Positions 41,477 to 55,372 of a stretch of DNA of 64,000 bases are shown one piece after another. Within the stretch, counting starts at the first letter, position 1. Every line of letters begins with the position of its first letter. Under the pieces are notes generated by a model. The model worked only from the letters and a program-made list of their open reading frames with translations, was not told where the DNA came from and did not search any database. The translations under genes were made by a program, and so were the position numbers. The stretch is from NCBI GenBank assembly GCA_030141605.1, contig JAQGDQ010000050.1, positions 445,971-509,970 on the forward strand. Reading direction: 5' to 3'. This DNA is from Tubiluchus corallicola (taxonomy: Eukaryota; Animalia; Priapulida).

Positions 41477-43646
41477 CTGTAAAAATATTCAGTCGTTAAA
41501 ATTGGTGATGGTGATATTGATGGTGGTGCCGGCAATTACTGTAATGGTGATTATGAAGGTGGTAGTAAATCTAGTATTATCATATGCAGTCAAAGCAATG
41601 TACCCGAAGGGACTGTTTCGCTCTGCGAGATTATTGAAACGAGATGTAAGTGAGGTAATGAGTAAGATGATTCTTAGGCTAATTTGATTCTGTTAGTACT
41701 TAATATCGTTGAACCGACAAAAATGGTACAAATAATTAATGTGGTAACTGGGACGACTTACACAAATCGAAACTTTCTAGCTCCTAATCGAATTTTTCAA
41801 CTCCAAAACCGAATCGAACAGATTCACTGCCGATAGATTTCATATCAATAATATGCAGTGTCTTGCGACAGATATTGATTAATCAGCTTATATCAACTAA
41901 GCTTCAATTATAACCTATTTAAGTAATAACCAGAAAACAAGTTGTTGCTGCACTGACTACGTCCTAATTGGGCAGGTAGAATTGGGGAAGGGGATCGATA
42001 TCGGATATTGTCTTACTTTGCGTTGTTGTTGATCGTGAGGCCAGAGTTTATGACCGTGAAACTTGAACAAATTAGAAAATTTTGATTAATTTTTTATCTT
42101 GAACTACTTTGACTAAAGCAAGAATAATACATTGTTAATGAAATTCAATCTAATTAGAAAATGCTACAGAAACCGCTATATTCTCTCCTTATACGAACGT
42201 TTTAACAAAGAACTATCTAAACAGATTCGTTAGTTAATAAATTCTGTGAAAAAAATCGAGAGGCTTAAAAACACGTTTCGCAACAGAACTGTACCAAATC
42301 GATCATCGCTATTTGCAGGTATAAAAGTATCAGTGGTTTTATTCGTGGCAGCAGACGAAATGTGTCCCAGACAAATGTGACCCATGCAAACGTGCTACTC
42401 ATTATCAACTTTGAGATAGATGGTCCCATTACTATTGCTTTCTAAAAGTTGAAAATCTATTTCTTACCAAAACCAAGGCGTCATGACAGTGCAATACATG
42501 AGTACAATAAGTGCGACGAAGCGTAGCTCAAAGAAAACAGATTGGCATATCCACTGAAAAAGACGTTCAACAACAATCCATTCTCATTTTTCCTAAAATT
42601 GACGCGTGCATCAGGTTTTTCTTACATCCCATGCTGGTTGCGCTTAAAAGTAGAAATGATGAAAAGAGGGGAAAAGCTTGCAACATTTGGCACTGCATAG
42701 GGGCCCAGTAGGGAAATATAAACAAGAAGCATGCTGCAAACACGTGGTCCTCATGAAAACTGCGATAAAGATCCCCATTAACACGATACGGTCCTTTTCC
42801 AGAGATCGTGCTTCCTGGTGTATGCAAGTTGCTCAAGGACAAACATTATGAATACACGTCATTCAGTAGCAGGCAAAATTGGCAGCCATACTTATATATA
42901 TATTCAGTGAGTATGTAGTGCATTATTTACTGAGACTTTTACATTGGCGGTTTTGTTAGGGTCTGGTTTAATCAATAAAAACTAGTGATTGAAGCCAGTG
43001 CTGCTAATACGCCAAGCGGCTCAAACACTAATAATTATTGCAGAGTACATTGCGCCATCTATGCCTCGGTTTTGACGTTAACGATTTAAACCTTAGTAAA
43101 GCACAATGAACTTATTTTTATTCTTTAATATTATCATAATGTACCTATAATTTAGTCACTTTAACACAGAAAATGCAAACAAGTTTCTTCACCCACCGCT
43201 GTTGGCGTTTTTGTTTTCATTGTGATTATCAGTATTGTGCAGCAGTATGTCATTATAGCTGATAAAGAACTAGATGTTAAATGCATTAGCTACATCAGAT
43301 TGAATTATATATACGTGTACTATCATTTTTAACTTGACGCATACAAAGCAGTATTTATTGAATTGATATACAAGTTTACACAACTGTACGATTTTATACC
43401 AGAAGTTAGCTTCATTCTTGCACCGTGTTTTAGAGGTACATTTATAATTACTAGCGGAATTCGTCCTAACAACATGTTTTTAAAAGGAAAAAGTTAAAAC
43501 AACTATAATAAAGAAGAAATGAAAGAAATTAAAACGACTTTTGGGTTCGTGACGTGGGTGTACGGAATGAAAACGTTAATTAGACAAATAAAATTGTTGT
43601 TTCGCCATTTTTATGCATTCTTGTTATAATCAGATCAAAAACAGAC

Positions 43647-43750
43647 CTGAGTAGATATTTCTTGATGCATTATAGCGTATTTGAGTGCCATCTTGTGGTC
43701 GCCAAGTGCACTATAAGCAGTACTGAGACTCCAGCTAGCTCTTCCAGCAC
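43647..43750 (-). CDS. GPSM2: GPSM1/2-like protein, last TPR exon
   Basis: atatttgcag| acceptor, cag|gtctgt donor, 104 bp, phase 1 to 0. Translates (G)AGRASWSLSTAYSALGDHKMALKYAIMHQEISTQ, resembling LGN 'GEGRACWSLGNAYTALGNHDQAMHFAEKHLEISRE'. Confidence 0.92.
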
Positions 43751-44813
43751 CTGCAAATATGACAAAAGTAGTAGCAAACATTATTACATATTTGTCTGCT
43801 ACCAGTTTCTACCAATAAAAAGTCAGAACATAACGAGCAAAACGTTTATTGTGGTCGGTGCTCATTTAAAGAAGTCGGACTTGATATTACCAAAATACAT
43901 ACTGATTGAGATATGAATGTACTTGTAGATACTGATGATCTTCTTTGATGACTACATGGAATTTCTAAATAAATTGCGATCTGATACTTTTGATTTTGAA
44001 AGAAATGTTTTTAATCTATTTTATTATAACTGTGCTGTTATTTTTACTTCCATATAGGCTCCTATAATTTTATTTCAACAAACCGTTAGCATGGATTGAT
44101 CTTAATTTTTCAATGTCAAACGGAGGAATGTTAGCTTTCTGACGTGCAACTAACTGACTGTAAAAGAGAACAAAACTGCTCGTGAGTGATTGCTATATTT
44201 TCTAGCTTATAGTTAGCACTCCAACATTATAACGTACGATCTCCAAAGTCATTGCTTGCTATCGAATAATTAGGTCAACAAATCCCGATCTACTCTTCAG
44301 TTATGGCAACTTATTCATTACTATTTATTTCGTGATGATAAAAGCTTAATTACTATAATAACTATAACCGCAAATGTGTTATTAACGTTTTACCAGCGAA
44401 GCAAAACCAAAATTATTCTATTACTGACATAGAAAGAGTAGTGAACAGAATTTTTTCCCTCCCTAGTAACATTTTTAACAATTTATCCATCTGAGCAAAA
44501 TAAAGGAATTATGAGGAGCATACATATATCTGTAATTATCATACATGAAATGAAATTATTCACTAGCGTGTTTGCTGTTCAAGTCTTTTGAATCACCCAA
44601 AAATTTAAATACAGCATTTGCACTTAAAATGGGATTGGTTTGACACAGTTAATAGAACATACAGATCTTATCTGAGTACAAGCCGATGAATCTTTGAGAA
44701 GTATTCTGAAGAAATGTATTAGACTGGACAGACATATGACATTATTGTGGAATTTTCATTGGTATTTTATTACCAAATGTTTTAAAAGTTTTACAAAACC
44801 ATAAAATACAAAA

Positions 44814-46308
44814 TTTCCAAGGTTCTATCTTAGGTCCCCTTCTATTTTTGGTGTATGCTAACGATATTACAGAAGACATTCAATCTGATATACGCCTTTT
44901 TGCAGACGATACGGTTCTAATAGATTTGTTTAAGGATAATCCACATACATCAGCAAATCGCTTAAAAGCAGATCTCAGAATAAATGAAAACTGGGCCAAA
45001 CGTTGGTTGGTTAAATTTAATCCAAATAAGACCGAAGTCATGCTTTTCTCCCGTAAATCCATTGTTCCTCCATATCCTACTCTATATATATATCTGTTAC
45101 TCCACTGAAAACAGTAAATGTTCACAAGCACTTAGGTATCTTAGTATCTTACATCTGATCTGAACTGGAACTGTCACGTCTCAAAAATTGTAGACAAAGT
45201 AAATTTAAAGCTAAACATCTTTCGACATATGTCAGTCAATATGTCCAGAGCTACACGGGAACGATTATTCATTACGACTCATCTACCTGCTATTGAATAT
45301 GGCAACGTATTATGGTCAGGATGCAGTGAAAACAGTAAACGTTTATTCGAAAATATTCAGCTATCTGCTGCTAGAATTTGTTCTGGCGCTATGTTTCGTT
45401 CTTTCCCTGCAGGTATCTTGTCTGACAGCGGCTTCACTAAATTAGTGACGCGCTTCCATCATCATAGCTGTCTTTTTTCAAAATAATCAATGACTTAGCG
45501 CTACACTATTTAAGTGCAATTCTGCCGCCAAAGGTAAACGAAGTTATCCCCTATTATATACGCAGTGGTACTAAGTACAGAAATTTTAACTGCCGTTCTG
45601 TCAGCTGTGAAAAATCCTTTTTCATATCGACAATTAACTTGTGGAACAACTTACCACAGAACATTCGTGAAATTACATCCATTTCGCACTTCAAACAAGA
45701 GCTCAAAACTCATTTAAGTTTTTCATTGCGTAAGAAGCATTTTTCATTGGTAAACCCCCAATTTCTGTGCATCATACGCGCATGAGAATCGGATTTTCTC
45801 AGCTTAACTATGACCTTTTCTCTAAAGGCTGTAAAGATAATAACCGTCATCCAGTATTGCCGAATTGTAATTGTGGATTTCGATTTCAGTCTGTTGCACT
45901 GCCCATTGTATCAACAAACTAGGATTAGTATGTTTGATAAATTAAATGGAATACTTCTGCTTGAAATCCTTAATACAGCTGCCTTAGGAACTAATGATCT
46001 GTTGAAGTTGTTGTTGTTCGGAAAAGATTAATTTAATTATGTTGTTAACTGTAAAATATTCCAATGTATACATGACTTTATATTTCGTACTAAGCGCTTC
46101 CAGTAGTTTCTATCTGATATGAAATGCGTCAGTCTTAAATATTCATACAGTATTATTTTCTAACAGTCATTGTGTCCGGTTGTGTAGTTATAGTCAATTC
46201 TTACTGTAAATGTTTTTGTAAATAGTGTATATAGTCTGTTGTGGTGAGGATCCTAAATCATGTTGTTCAAACTGTCTGATCCAATCCTATAATAAATTAT
46301 GTTTAAAC
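44814..46308 (+). mobile_element. 5'-truncated CR1-clade LINE (RT C-terminal half and 3' UTR) with 12-bp TSD
   Basis: QGSILGPLLFLVYANDI...IRLFADD...WAKRWLVKFNPNKTE...HKHLGI...IEYGNVLW...LWNNLP...HCPLY, broken by frameshifts. 3' end 'ccaatcctataataaattatgtttaaac'. Flanked by identical taaaatacaaaa at 44802-44813 and 46309-46320. Confidence 0.93.
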
Positions 46309-46780
46309 TAAAATACAAAACTTATTCCTGACATTAATGCCAGACAGACCTGCCTCAATGCTTGCTAACCCAGTGCTTAAATAATTCTGTCAGGAAAATT
46401 GCAAAACGTAAAGTTAACTGATAATTTGCCATTGAGTGAAACGGTTTTAAAAGACAATTTTATTATTAAGTGTTTCAGAGTTTTTAAAAAAACTATAAAA
46501 CATAAAAAAATATTTCTGACATTTCGATTGACGTTATCCTGCAGTCAACTTCAATGTTACGCAGAACTTATTTACATATTCACATGGAAACCCAAGATAG
46601 CATGTGAATAAACAAGCCCATAGGTTTACAGAAAAATATATTATTACTATAGTTGTGTTAGAAAACAGTATTAAGGGAATAGGCACTACTTTGCACATTG
46701 AGAGAGGGCTTCTTTGGGAAGTAAAGTTATGTGATAATTTGCACTCTCGTTAGGTAAAATAAGTTATACCAGCTTTTTAC

Positions 46781-46941
46781 CTGTCTGGTCATTGCGATTT
46801 TGAGAAATCTTCAAGCACTGCAAATGATACTTCACTGCATCTGCATATCTATGGAGGAGGATGTTGGCGTTGCCAAGGCAATAGCAGGCTTGCGCTTCTA
46901 AACTTTCATCGCGCAGCTCCATGGATAAATCTAAACTTTTC
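46781..46941 (-). CDS. GPSM2: GPSM1/2-like protein, TPR exon
   Basis: ttttacttag| acceptor, cag|gtaaaa donor, 161 bp, phase 2 to 1. Translates KSLDLSMELRDESLEAQACYCLGNANILLHRYADAVKYHLQCLKISQNRNDQT(G), resembling LGN 'EAQSCYSLGNTYTLLQDYEKAIDYHLKHLAIAQELND'. Confidence 0.93.
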
Positions 46942-47531
46942 CTAAGTAAAATCCGATCAATGATTTAACCACATATGCACCAGTGGAGTCCATATTTATG
47001 GTAAGAGAAACAGTGTATGTTTCTGATTCCATCATTTCGAGTCAAGTTCAGAATGGTGTATTTATAAATGATAAATGATAAACATAGAAAACGTTTAATT
47101 ACAAACCCACAAATTTTACTAATAACATTGCTGGCCACGCTTTGATGACCTTTGGTGACACTTTGATGACCACATTGACATACAACTGAATTTATAAAGT
47201 TTGCTCTGTAAGTATTGCAGTTGTTGTTGTTATTGGCAACAGTGGTGTTGGCTAGAGTGATATTGGCGGTGGTAGTTGTATTATTTACAGCTCCACTATT
47301 ATTGCGGCAGTGATAGTGGCATTCTTTCCCTATGGCGGTGGAACACAGTAGCAGACGCTGCAGCAAACAGCAGAGAGGTTGAGGATATGATGTGTGAGTT
47401 GCTGTACTTTTGTTCTAAATTTTTCTGATATAGCGTAATTACAACGTTTAAATAAATATATTAATTATAAAAAAAATTATAATTATTTTACGTTATTTAC
47501 TTCACAGTGCTGTATGAGAAACAAGTTATAC

Positions 47532-47647
47532 CTGTAATGTTCTGCTGCTGTGAAAAATTCTCCCAAAAATACAAGTGAGTTTCCAAGGTTGTTGTGCGCT
47601 CTATGTTCAGCTGTATTATCGCCAAGTTTCTCAGCAAACTTTAACCG
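47532..47647 (-). CDS. GPSM2: GPSM1/2-like protein, TPR exon
   Basis: ttttctgttgcag| acceptor, cag|gtataa donor, 116 bp, phase 0 to 2. Translates RLKFAEKLGDNTAEHRAHNNLGNSLVFLGEFFTAAEHY(R), resembling LGN 'RLLIAKEFGDKAAERRAYSNLGNAYIFLGEFETASEYYK'. Confidence 0.93.
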
Positions 47648-47851
47648 CTGCAACAGAAAAAAATGTAATTAATATATTTTAAGAACAGTTATTCACTAAC
47701 CTAGAAAGAAGAAAGAAACTAAAGCGGGCCGATTCAGACGAAAGTTATTATTAGATTATATCAGAGAATGCAGGCCGTCAACGGAACTAAAAATCTACTT
47801 TCTCGCTGAAACGCGTATCGAATATAAACTCTTTCTCTCCCTATTCCCTCC

Positions 47852-47854
<3 letters not shown>

Positions 47855-47925
<71 letters not shown>
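47855..47925. repeat. (CT)n microsatellite
   Basis: Read directly. Confidence 0.97.
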
Positions 47926-47932
<7 letters not shown>

Positions 47933-47964
47933 CCTCCCTCCCACTCTCTCGTCTTTGCATTCGG

Positions 47965-48375
47965 CTCAGTTCGTTTTCGATTTGTGTTTATCCTCCTCAT
48001 TAAATTGTTCGTTCGCAAGATAATCACCGCTGAAAAGGTGCGGTAGAAGATCTCACATCTCATCTCGTCTTGCGTGACAATTTGTCAATTGTGTGTGAAG
48101 CTATCTATTGTGCTTGCTTGTCTATTATTAAAGACTTTCCTATATGTCTTCCAGAAAGAGTTGCATTGCTTGACATTTAAGTTTTCAGTGTTAACTCGTA
48201 CCCAATTATCGACAGCTGCTCTTAACTCATTATTAACTAGTTCTTTGCTCTCTGTATATTCAACCAGATTTCGTAATGTGGAGTGACGCAGGTAAGTAGA
48301 TCTGCACCATCTAAGGTTCTTATATAGCCGCGTAAGCTCGGCTGGAAGAGGAAGCAAATTCTTGGTTAAGCAGTC
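47965..48375 (-). mobile_element. Inverted 5' segment of the adjacent LINE (ORF2 region upstream of RT)
   Basis: Minus-strand translation ELTRLYKNLRWCRSTYLRHST...ELRAAVDNW...FWKTYRK...TF/FSGDYL...FNEE resembles the endonuclease-RT linker of LINE ORF2. Its 3' end corresponds to the region just before the plus-strand 'ELEQAI'. Confidence 0.7.
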
Positions 48376-49745
48376 ATTTGACATTAATCGAGCTAGAGCA
48401 AGCAATCGCACAAACAATAGAAACCGAGAAGTCAGTGGATGCGGATGGTTTGTACCCCAAGATGATAAAGTATTTAGGATTAAAGGCTAGACATACTATG
48501 CTAAAGATTGCTAGCCTGTGTTTGCAGCTAGGGAGGTGGCCGTGCAAAAGTTCTAAAGTCATTTTAACGAGAAAGGAAATAAAACATCATACAACAATCC
48601 TAGCAGCTAATTTGTGGAAAGATTTATTGAACATCGGTTAAGAAGATTCTTTTAGCAAAGAAATTTACTAGATATCGAACAGGAAGGCTTTATACCTAAG
48701 CGCAATACTATTCGATATTTAGTGAGACTACTATCACATATTGAGAACGACCTACTCTTGTATCGTTTTGGTATCTCCTTGTGCTGCGATTACGAGAAAG
48801 GATTTGATAGTGCGGCATGACGGCATGCTATTCTGGTGGAGTCACAGGCAAATTGTTCACCTTACTTTTGCACTTCATAAGGAATAGGAGAGTAAGAATA
48901 AAAATCGACTCTTATCTATCAAATGGATACTACTGCAGTGTAGGACTGTCCCAGGGATCTGTGCTATCACCTCTTCTATTCATATTTTATGTAGCGGATA
49001 TGTACACAAATATACCATCCAACGTAGAAAAATTTAAGTATGCGGATGACGGCACGTTGTACATTAGTGAGACTTCACAAGATGCTTGTTATTTAAAGGC
49101 TCAAATGTGCTGTGATGCATTACATGGCCGGTGCAAAAAATGGCATTTAAAGATAAACACTCAGCCTGGCAAGACAGAAGCTATACTAATAGGAAACTGG
49201 TCACCCTGTCCGACGAACATAAGTATCATGGGTAATGATTAAAATTATGTGACTAAAAGTAAAATTCTCGAGTTAACAATTGACAACAAATTGTCGTTTG
49301 AAAGTCATGTCAATACAACTCGCACAATGTGTGGTCGCGTTGGTTATCGGTGAAGAAAGACTGCAGAAAGTACACAGGACTTAGATTACCGACCATAGTT
49401 TTTCTATACAAAACACTCATCTTGCCCATAATATTGTGCGCATCATCAGCTTGGTTATCTCTCTCTCTCTCTCTCTCATATAATTATAATTACAAAGAGA
49501 GTAAACATATACTATTTGAGCAACTTTGACTGGGGAAAGACCAACGCAATCAACCCACTGATCCAATTTCCTGATTAACGGAATGGACAATACAATATTA
49601 CTGCTAAAGACGCCACCACCAGTCTACAGACCAGCATCTAGAATACAACCACGAATTACAATTTAATGTACTACTAGTAATAACGATCCTTCTACAACCA
49701 ATCGCAGCCACCTTATGATCGACCGTTAACAGAAAAAAAATAAAG
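48376..49745 (+). mobile_element. Non-LTR retrotransposon (I/Nimb/Jockey-group-like) RT fragment and 3' tail
   Basis: ELEQAI...KSVDADGLYPKMIKYLG, EQEGFIPKRNT, DYEKGFDS, GLSQGSVLSPLLFIFYVADM, KYADD, KWHLKIN, with frameshifts. Internal deletion at a (CT)n near 49458. A-rich tail near 49730-49744. Confidence 0.88.
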
Positions 49746-49769
49746 GTGTGATCCATTACTTGCTCTGTA

Positions 49770-51450
49770 CAAGCTAAATAAAATTAGCTTTTCGTCATCT
49801 TCAGTGGTACGATTCGTGATTTCCGATATTTAATTTTAACAACAGCAATATTGGTCCATCAACATATTTATAATTTCGTTTTCACCATCCAAAGTGTATA
49901 TCTAGATAATGGCTGAAATGCTACTTGACGAAACGTTCCCAAATGCGTTTCGTCAGCTGGATTGATGATCGTACAAAGCGAAAACCACAGTGCATTTTTT
50001 ACTGTGGAACAGAAAGCTCTAAGGTCCAGATTCTCTTTCCGAGGCACCAAGGCCTGCTTGAAAAGCTACAATGTCTCTTCTTCGGGAGACATTCAGGCAA
50101 AGCGTTGAAATTCTTTCACTGGTACCCTGCTGGCGAATTCTGCGGACTTCCCAGTTTATAATATCGTGTATACATTTCCAAGATCTGTGCTTTCTAGCAC
50201 CGATTCTGCTGACAAACATCATGTTACGCCTTTTATAGTTCCATCAGTAAGTATTCCTCACACGGGCTCTTCATTATAAGCGACCTACTCGAATTTGCTT
50301 ACTATCAAGCAAATCTTCACCCCACCAATATAGTTCTTTTCTATCTTACGCGTATAAGGCAAATATGACTTTGAAGTGTCTTTTACTTTGGATATATGCG
50401 CCAGATCGACAGCTTACAGTTTCGGTTATTATTTGCTAGGACCTAGAAGTCACCGTGTTTTGCTTCTTCAAATCCCGCAGTGCCAGCGCATTGACTTGCA
50501 CAATTGTTTGCAGACACCAGAGGGGGGGGACAAAATTAACGCAATGCAAGAATATTTTTCATTTTGACATCAGATGAAACATTCGACTAAGCTGCTTAAA
50601 AGACACCATTTAATGGTTTGGAACTCGCTTTTCACTGGTTTTAGAAGTTCTTTCAGAGAGTCGACTCATGAATGCTTGCACATTGTCCGAGGGAAGATTA
50701 CATAATACCCAATATTGTCAGAGATGGTTTTAACAATGTGTGGTAAACCCTACCTCTCCGTATCACAGCAAAGGCATGCATTACCTCAGATTATAAAAAG
50801 CGTAACTCTGCTTGAGTTCTGCTTCCGTCATACCCAGTTCTCGAATGTCAACTTTTCGAGACTTGTAATAAGCTCTCGATTAGTTCTCGTGTTTTTCCTT
50901 GAACTGAGCCTTCGTGTTTTTTATGTGTAGTTAGCAGCCACCCGCAAGGCTTAAATATTTATAATAAGTGCCTCATTTTTCTAGAACTTCGTTAAGCTTT
51001 TAAACATTTCCTCTGTTTGTTAAGTTTCAACACTAAAATAGATACGGCTAACTAAGTGGCTTAATTTAGTTTAGTTCCTGTTTGTTAGCTGTCCAATGTA
51101 TTTTGCTTGCCAACTTTTTGGATCAGTTTTCCAGTAGTTTGCTTAAATGTTTCCACTGAGCAATTAAATGGTTGTTTTATAGCATAACTTAAGAACTTGA
51201 CTACTGGCGCGATCAGGCGTAAATTCAGACGAACTTGCCGTCCAAATTACCCAATCATTTTGCGGAGCTTGAGCTGGTTTTATGTGACCTGTCAGTTGCT
51301 GATCTCTTGTCTAGAAGAAAATACTTTTTGGTTACAACTGTGCTATCGATGGGCCTCTTTTTTAGTGTTGTGATCCACCGCATGTATTCTGCCTCTGTAT
51401 TTCAATAGACGAATTGGTTGCAACCAGCTCTAAACGCGTTGCTTAAACAC
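49770..51450 (-). mobile_element. Highly decayed Penelope-like element (RT and GIY-YIG remnants)
   Basis: LRLIAPVVKFLSYAIK (compare LRPIVS..TY.LAK), a KWCLLSSLV segment, VIF..Y...KNYIG (GIY-YIG-like) near 50325-50375, and a 3' ctgaagatgacgaaa motif near 49790-49804. Confidence 0.45.
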
Positions 51451-54400
51451 TTGGGCCTCTAACCATAGAAATATCATGCAGATAATCATTCATAAGATCC
51501 CATGGGTCATTCAATGCCCAATGTTCTGAAATTGCTGCGCAGTCTCTATTCTGAATCAATCGTCATCGTAGAACTGATTAACAATTTGCTGGGCGTTGTA
51601 TGAACTCAATTCTGCGTATGCAATTTAACTTGTAGTACTTAAATTTAGGGTTTATAATAATGTTGATGCTTACGTTTTTAATCCTCAAAGAGAGTTACTT
51701 TACTGCACTTACGTTGCTGCACTATCTTACCTGTTCTAATATTACCTCCCCTCACTTGACTTCACCTGATTCCACTTTACTCGGCTTATTGTTGATCGGC
51801 TTATAAAAATTGTATACAGTGTGAAAGTGGTGTAACTCACACGATTATGGTTTCTTCCTGAGTTCCTGTGATTATGCACGGCTGCGGCTTTACTGTTCTG
51901 AGACCATAGCATAGTCATTGCATGTCGTGTAAGAACTAGATCTTTATCGGCATTTTGTTTATAGCCTAATTAAATTTTATCCCATAAATTAAATTGCAAC
52001 AGCAAAGAAGAGTCGTAAAACCAGCTCTGTTTAACCAGCTCCCATCCATTTGAATCTCATTAATTATCGCTATTTCAGGCGTTTTTTACAACAAAACCAT
52101 CGAGACTGTAATGATTTTAAATAGAACATTTTATTACCAATTGCAAGGCAACATTTTTCGCATATATCAAATTTTATAGCGTAGCATAATGGAATTTAAC
52201 CGAGATCGAGATTGTGAACGTCTCTCATTGTTTTACTCTGCAAAACAAGTCCGAAATGCCATGCATTAGAGTGCTTGTTTATTGAGTTTTTTCTTCCTAC
52301 CTGCCTCGATATATCATTTAGAATACCAATTACAGTTACAAAAGAATCCTTTTTTCGTAGATAAAGTTACATGGGGAATGCCAGAGTTTTTCCCCGTATA
52401 TAAGAAGCCTATCGTAATGTCATGGCCTGTTTCATGTCTAATGTAAACACTTTTTGTGTGGCTTCAAAACATCTTTACTCTCTTACGTTTGGAAGACCTA
52501 GTTACACATGAATAGCTTAATGCCACATTTGTTACACCATTGTTCATATTTGGCTGGAAAACTATGTAATTCTGTATATTGCTGACGGAAGAAATTGTAT
52601 AACGCTATATGAAGTGGTGCTACATTTCAATCTACGTTGTGTCATTTTGTCCTAAGTAATGTGATAACTAGGGCGCCGAGCAGCTAGTCCTAATTTGTGT
52701 CAATGACATTATGCAATTACTTTTCTGTGCACGGGTGTGAAATTGTTTTCGTAAGCAATTGTAGCGCGGAATGTGAGAATGATTTCTGCTCGCCGGGTTT
52801 TTTTATCTTAACAAATGTTTTAGCAAATTTGCCTCGTTACTTCCTAGAAACGGAGGCGAAGTAGGGGTGACTGCTAGAACGGCAGCTCGTAGCTAAATAG
52901 CACGTCAGTGATGTGCATTATCCTTATAGCTCACTCTAACTCAGTAATAGTTGACCATTTATCCCAACAACATCAACAATTATCTACAGTAGGTGATTCA
53001 GAAATTCAGGATGATAAATTTGCTTGAGAAAAACCTGAAGCCAAAGCCATTAAGTTAACTGGAGAAATGGATCGATTGTATTAAGCGATTTACCACATCT
53101 GAGTGGACGAAGGGTTCCTGCTGCAGCTACTGCAATGCCAGCAGTTTTAGCTAGGCGTGCAAGAAAAGCATTGTGAGGCAGCAGCGGCTATGAAATATAT
53201 ATGCGAGGACTAAACGCCAAGCATCTTGAATAAACTGTTCGTGTCTCATAGGCCTGGCTTATCCGCGGTGGGAAAGCAGCAGAAGTACTTACCAATTTCT
53301 AGAACACTCAAAATGATACAAAAAGTGAAATAACAATGTTTAAATTGAACATGGATTGTTGCTTTAAAAAGAAACAACGTGCTAGAACTGACAAGGCACA
53401 GGCATAATAGTATCTATAGCCCTTGCTGGAACAATTGCTGCGTTTCCGTCAGTGCAGATTTTTAAGTTTATTAAATTCTTATTTAGAATCTGGTTGCCCA
53501 ATGTCTGCAGTAGATGTTTCGGGTAATAAGTGTTGCTGCTGACGACAACGAAAGGAGTAAAAATGCTATTCCAAGCAAAGCATGTATTTCTTAGTGTCAG
53601 TAGCCTAATTTTGTAGCAGATAGAATTACACAAAGTATTACGCAAAGCAAAACTGCATGTTTAAAAACTAAATTATACTTTCATATGCAAGCAGCGTTTA
53701 AAAATAGGCGTTACGTGACACACTTGGTGTCTGTTAGTTAGTTTCTAGTGTCTGTTTGCCATCGCCTATATACATATTAGTTTGCAATGGTTGCTTTGTT
53801 GGAGGACTGGGCGCGAATCTAATCTTCTAAAGCCTAAATAAATTTCAGTAGTGTTAGCCTTCCGTCTGTCCTAGAATGAATGCAAATCCTCCAACACGCA
53901 TCTAAAGATAAATAAACTTTATTGTAGTGAATGGCTTTTGCTTGCCTGCTATTATAGTGCATAACGATTTTTTATTATAAAAGTTATAAATTATTATCAT
54001 GCATTCAGGCGACTAATTTTTATTTAATTGTCGGTAGCCTTCTCTCTACTTGCCCTTTAGTCTAAGGTTATACTTATTTAGATTGCCTATAAAAACTTTG
54101 CTTCGATATATATACATTTAGTAGGTCACCCAATCAGATATGAGCACGTTTTTAGTCTACTCATTGGAAGCGAAGAAATTGCCATGTCTTTTTTCTCTGT
54201 AATGTTGAATTTTAAAGAAAAATTCTGTGATTACTTCAAAACGTATCGGAACATTTATTATTTATTGAATTTTTTTTTTTGTGAACAAGCGTTAAATTTT
54301 CTGTAATCTACAATTTGTACTTATTAAGCCAAATAACTTATTCTACTAAAAGTGAGAGCAACTAGGTTGAGCGTACATTGCCTCATGTCCTGAGTCCTGT

Positions 54401-55372
54401 ACGTATGTTCTTTATATATGACTGCAGTTTGCACAGTGTGATAATAATACGTCCTTCATTCTTCTTTTCCCAATCGGCAGATTCTCTTCCAAATTGGTGG
54501 AAGCAAAGACGTTTCAATTCGCCGTCATTCATGAACAGATCAAAATGTTAACATGATCCATTGCTAACATTGATCATTCACTGTAACGCTGTAATATCCT
54601 AATGGTCTTGGAGAGAAGTCAACTGAAATGTTGACTGTGAAATCAGAGTATTACTTTTCCGTGATTTTCTTTTCGCGATGCAGGACTTTTACCGACCTAA
54701 GAAATTTAAAGAACAGCCTGGACTTGATCAATCATCTTCTTTTTCATTGTTTCTTTTTCATTCGTTCGTTCATCCATTCATTTATCCATCAGTGTTCCAT
54801 TTGTCCAGTCGTGCGTTTTACGTTCCTTTAGTTTGTCGTATTCTCTTTCGTTTTTTATTCATCTATTTTTTTAATCAATTCTTTCTTTTGTTCTTTCTGT
54901 CTTTCCTTCTTTCCTTCTTTTTTCTCTCTTCTTTACTGTCTCCATTATCTCTCCTTCTCTCTCATTGATTAGTTTTTTTTATTATTAATTTATTTATTTG
55001 TGTTTCTTGCTTCCTTCTGCATTTAATATAATATTATTCTCCTCTTTTTGTCCCACTTTCAGTATCCTGTACATTTTTGCTTCCTCTCTAGTTACTCATT
55101 TTATTGGATTAGCTTTTGCTGTTCTTCTAAATAGCTTTTTAGTTAATATAATTTTGCAGGCAATTTTAATAATTAACTACTTTATTAACTTAGTTTTTTG
55201 CTCTAATTACAACTCAAGCCGAAACAATAACACGCCGATAACATAGTGTTTGGTAGTCAGCAGTGTTGATAATGAACGATAAACTCACAGCTTTCGAAGT
55301 ATTTCATTACAGTTTCGTAAAAATTTCATGGAAAACGTAAATAATGCGTGTGTAAAATTCGTTCTAAATTAC

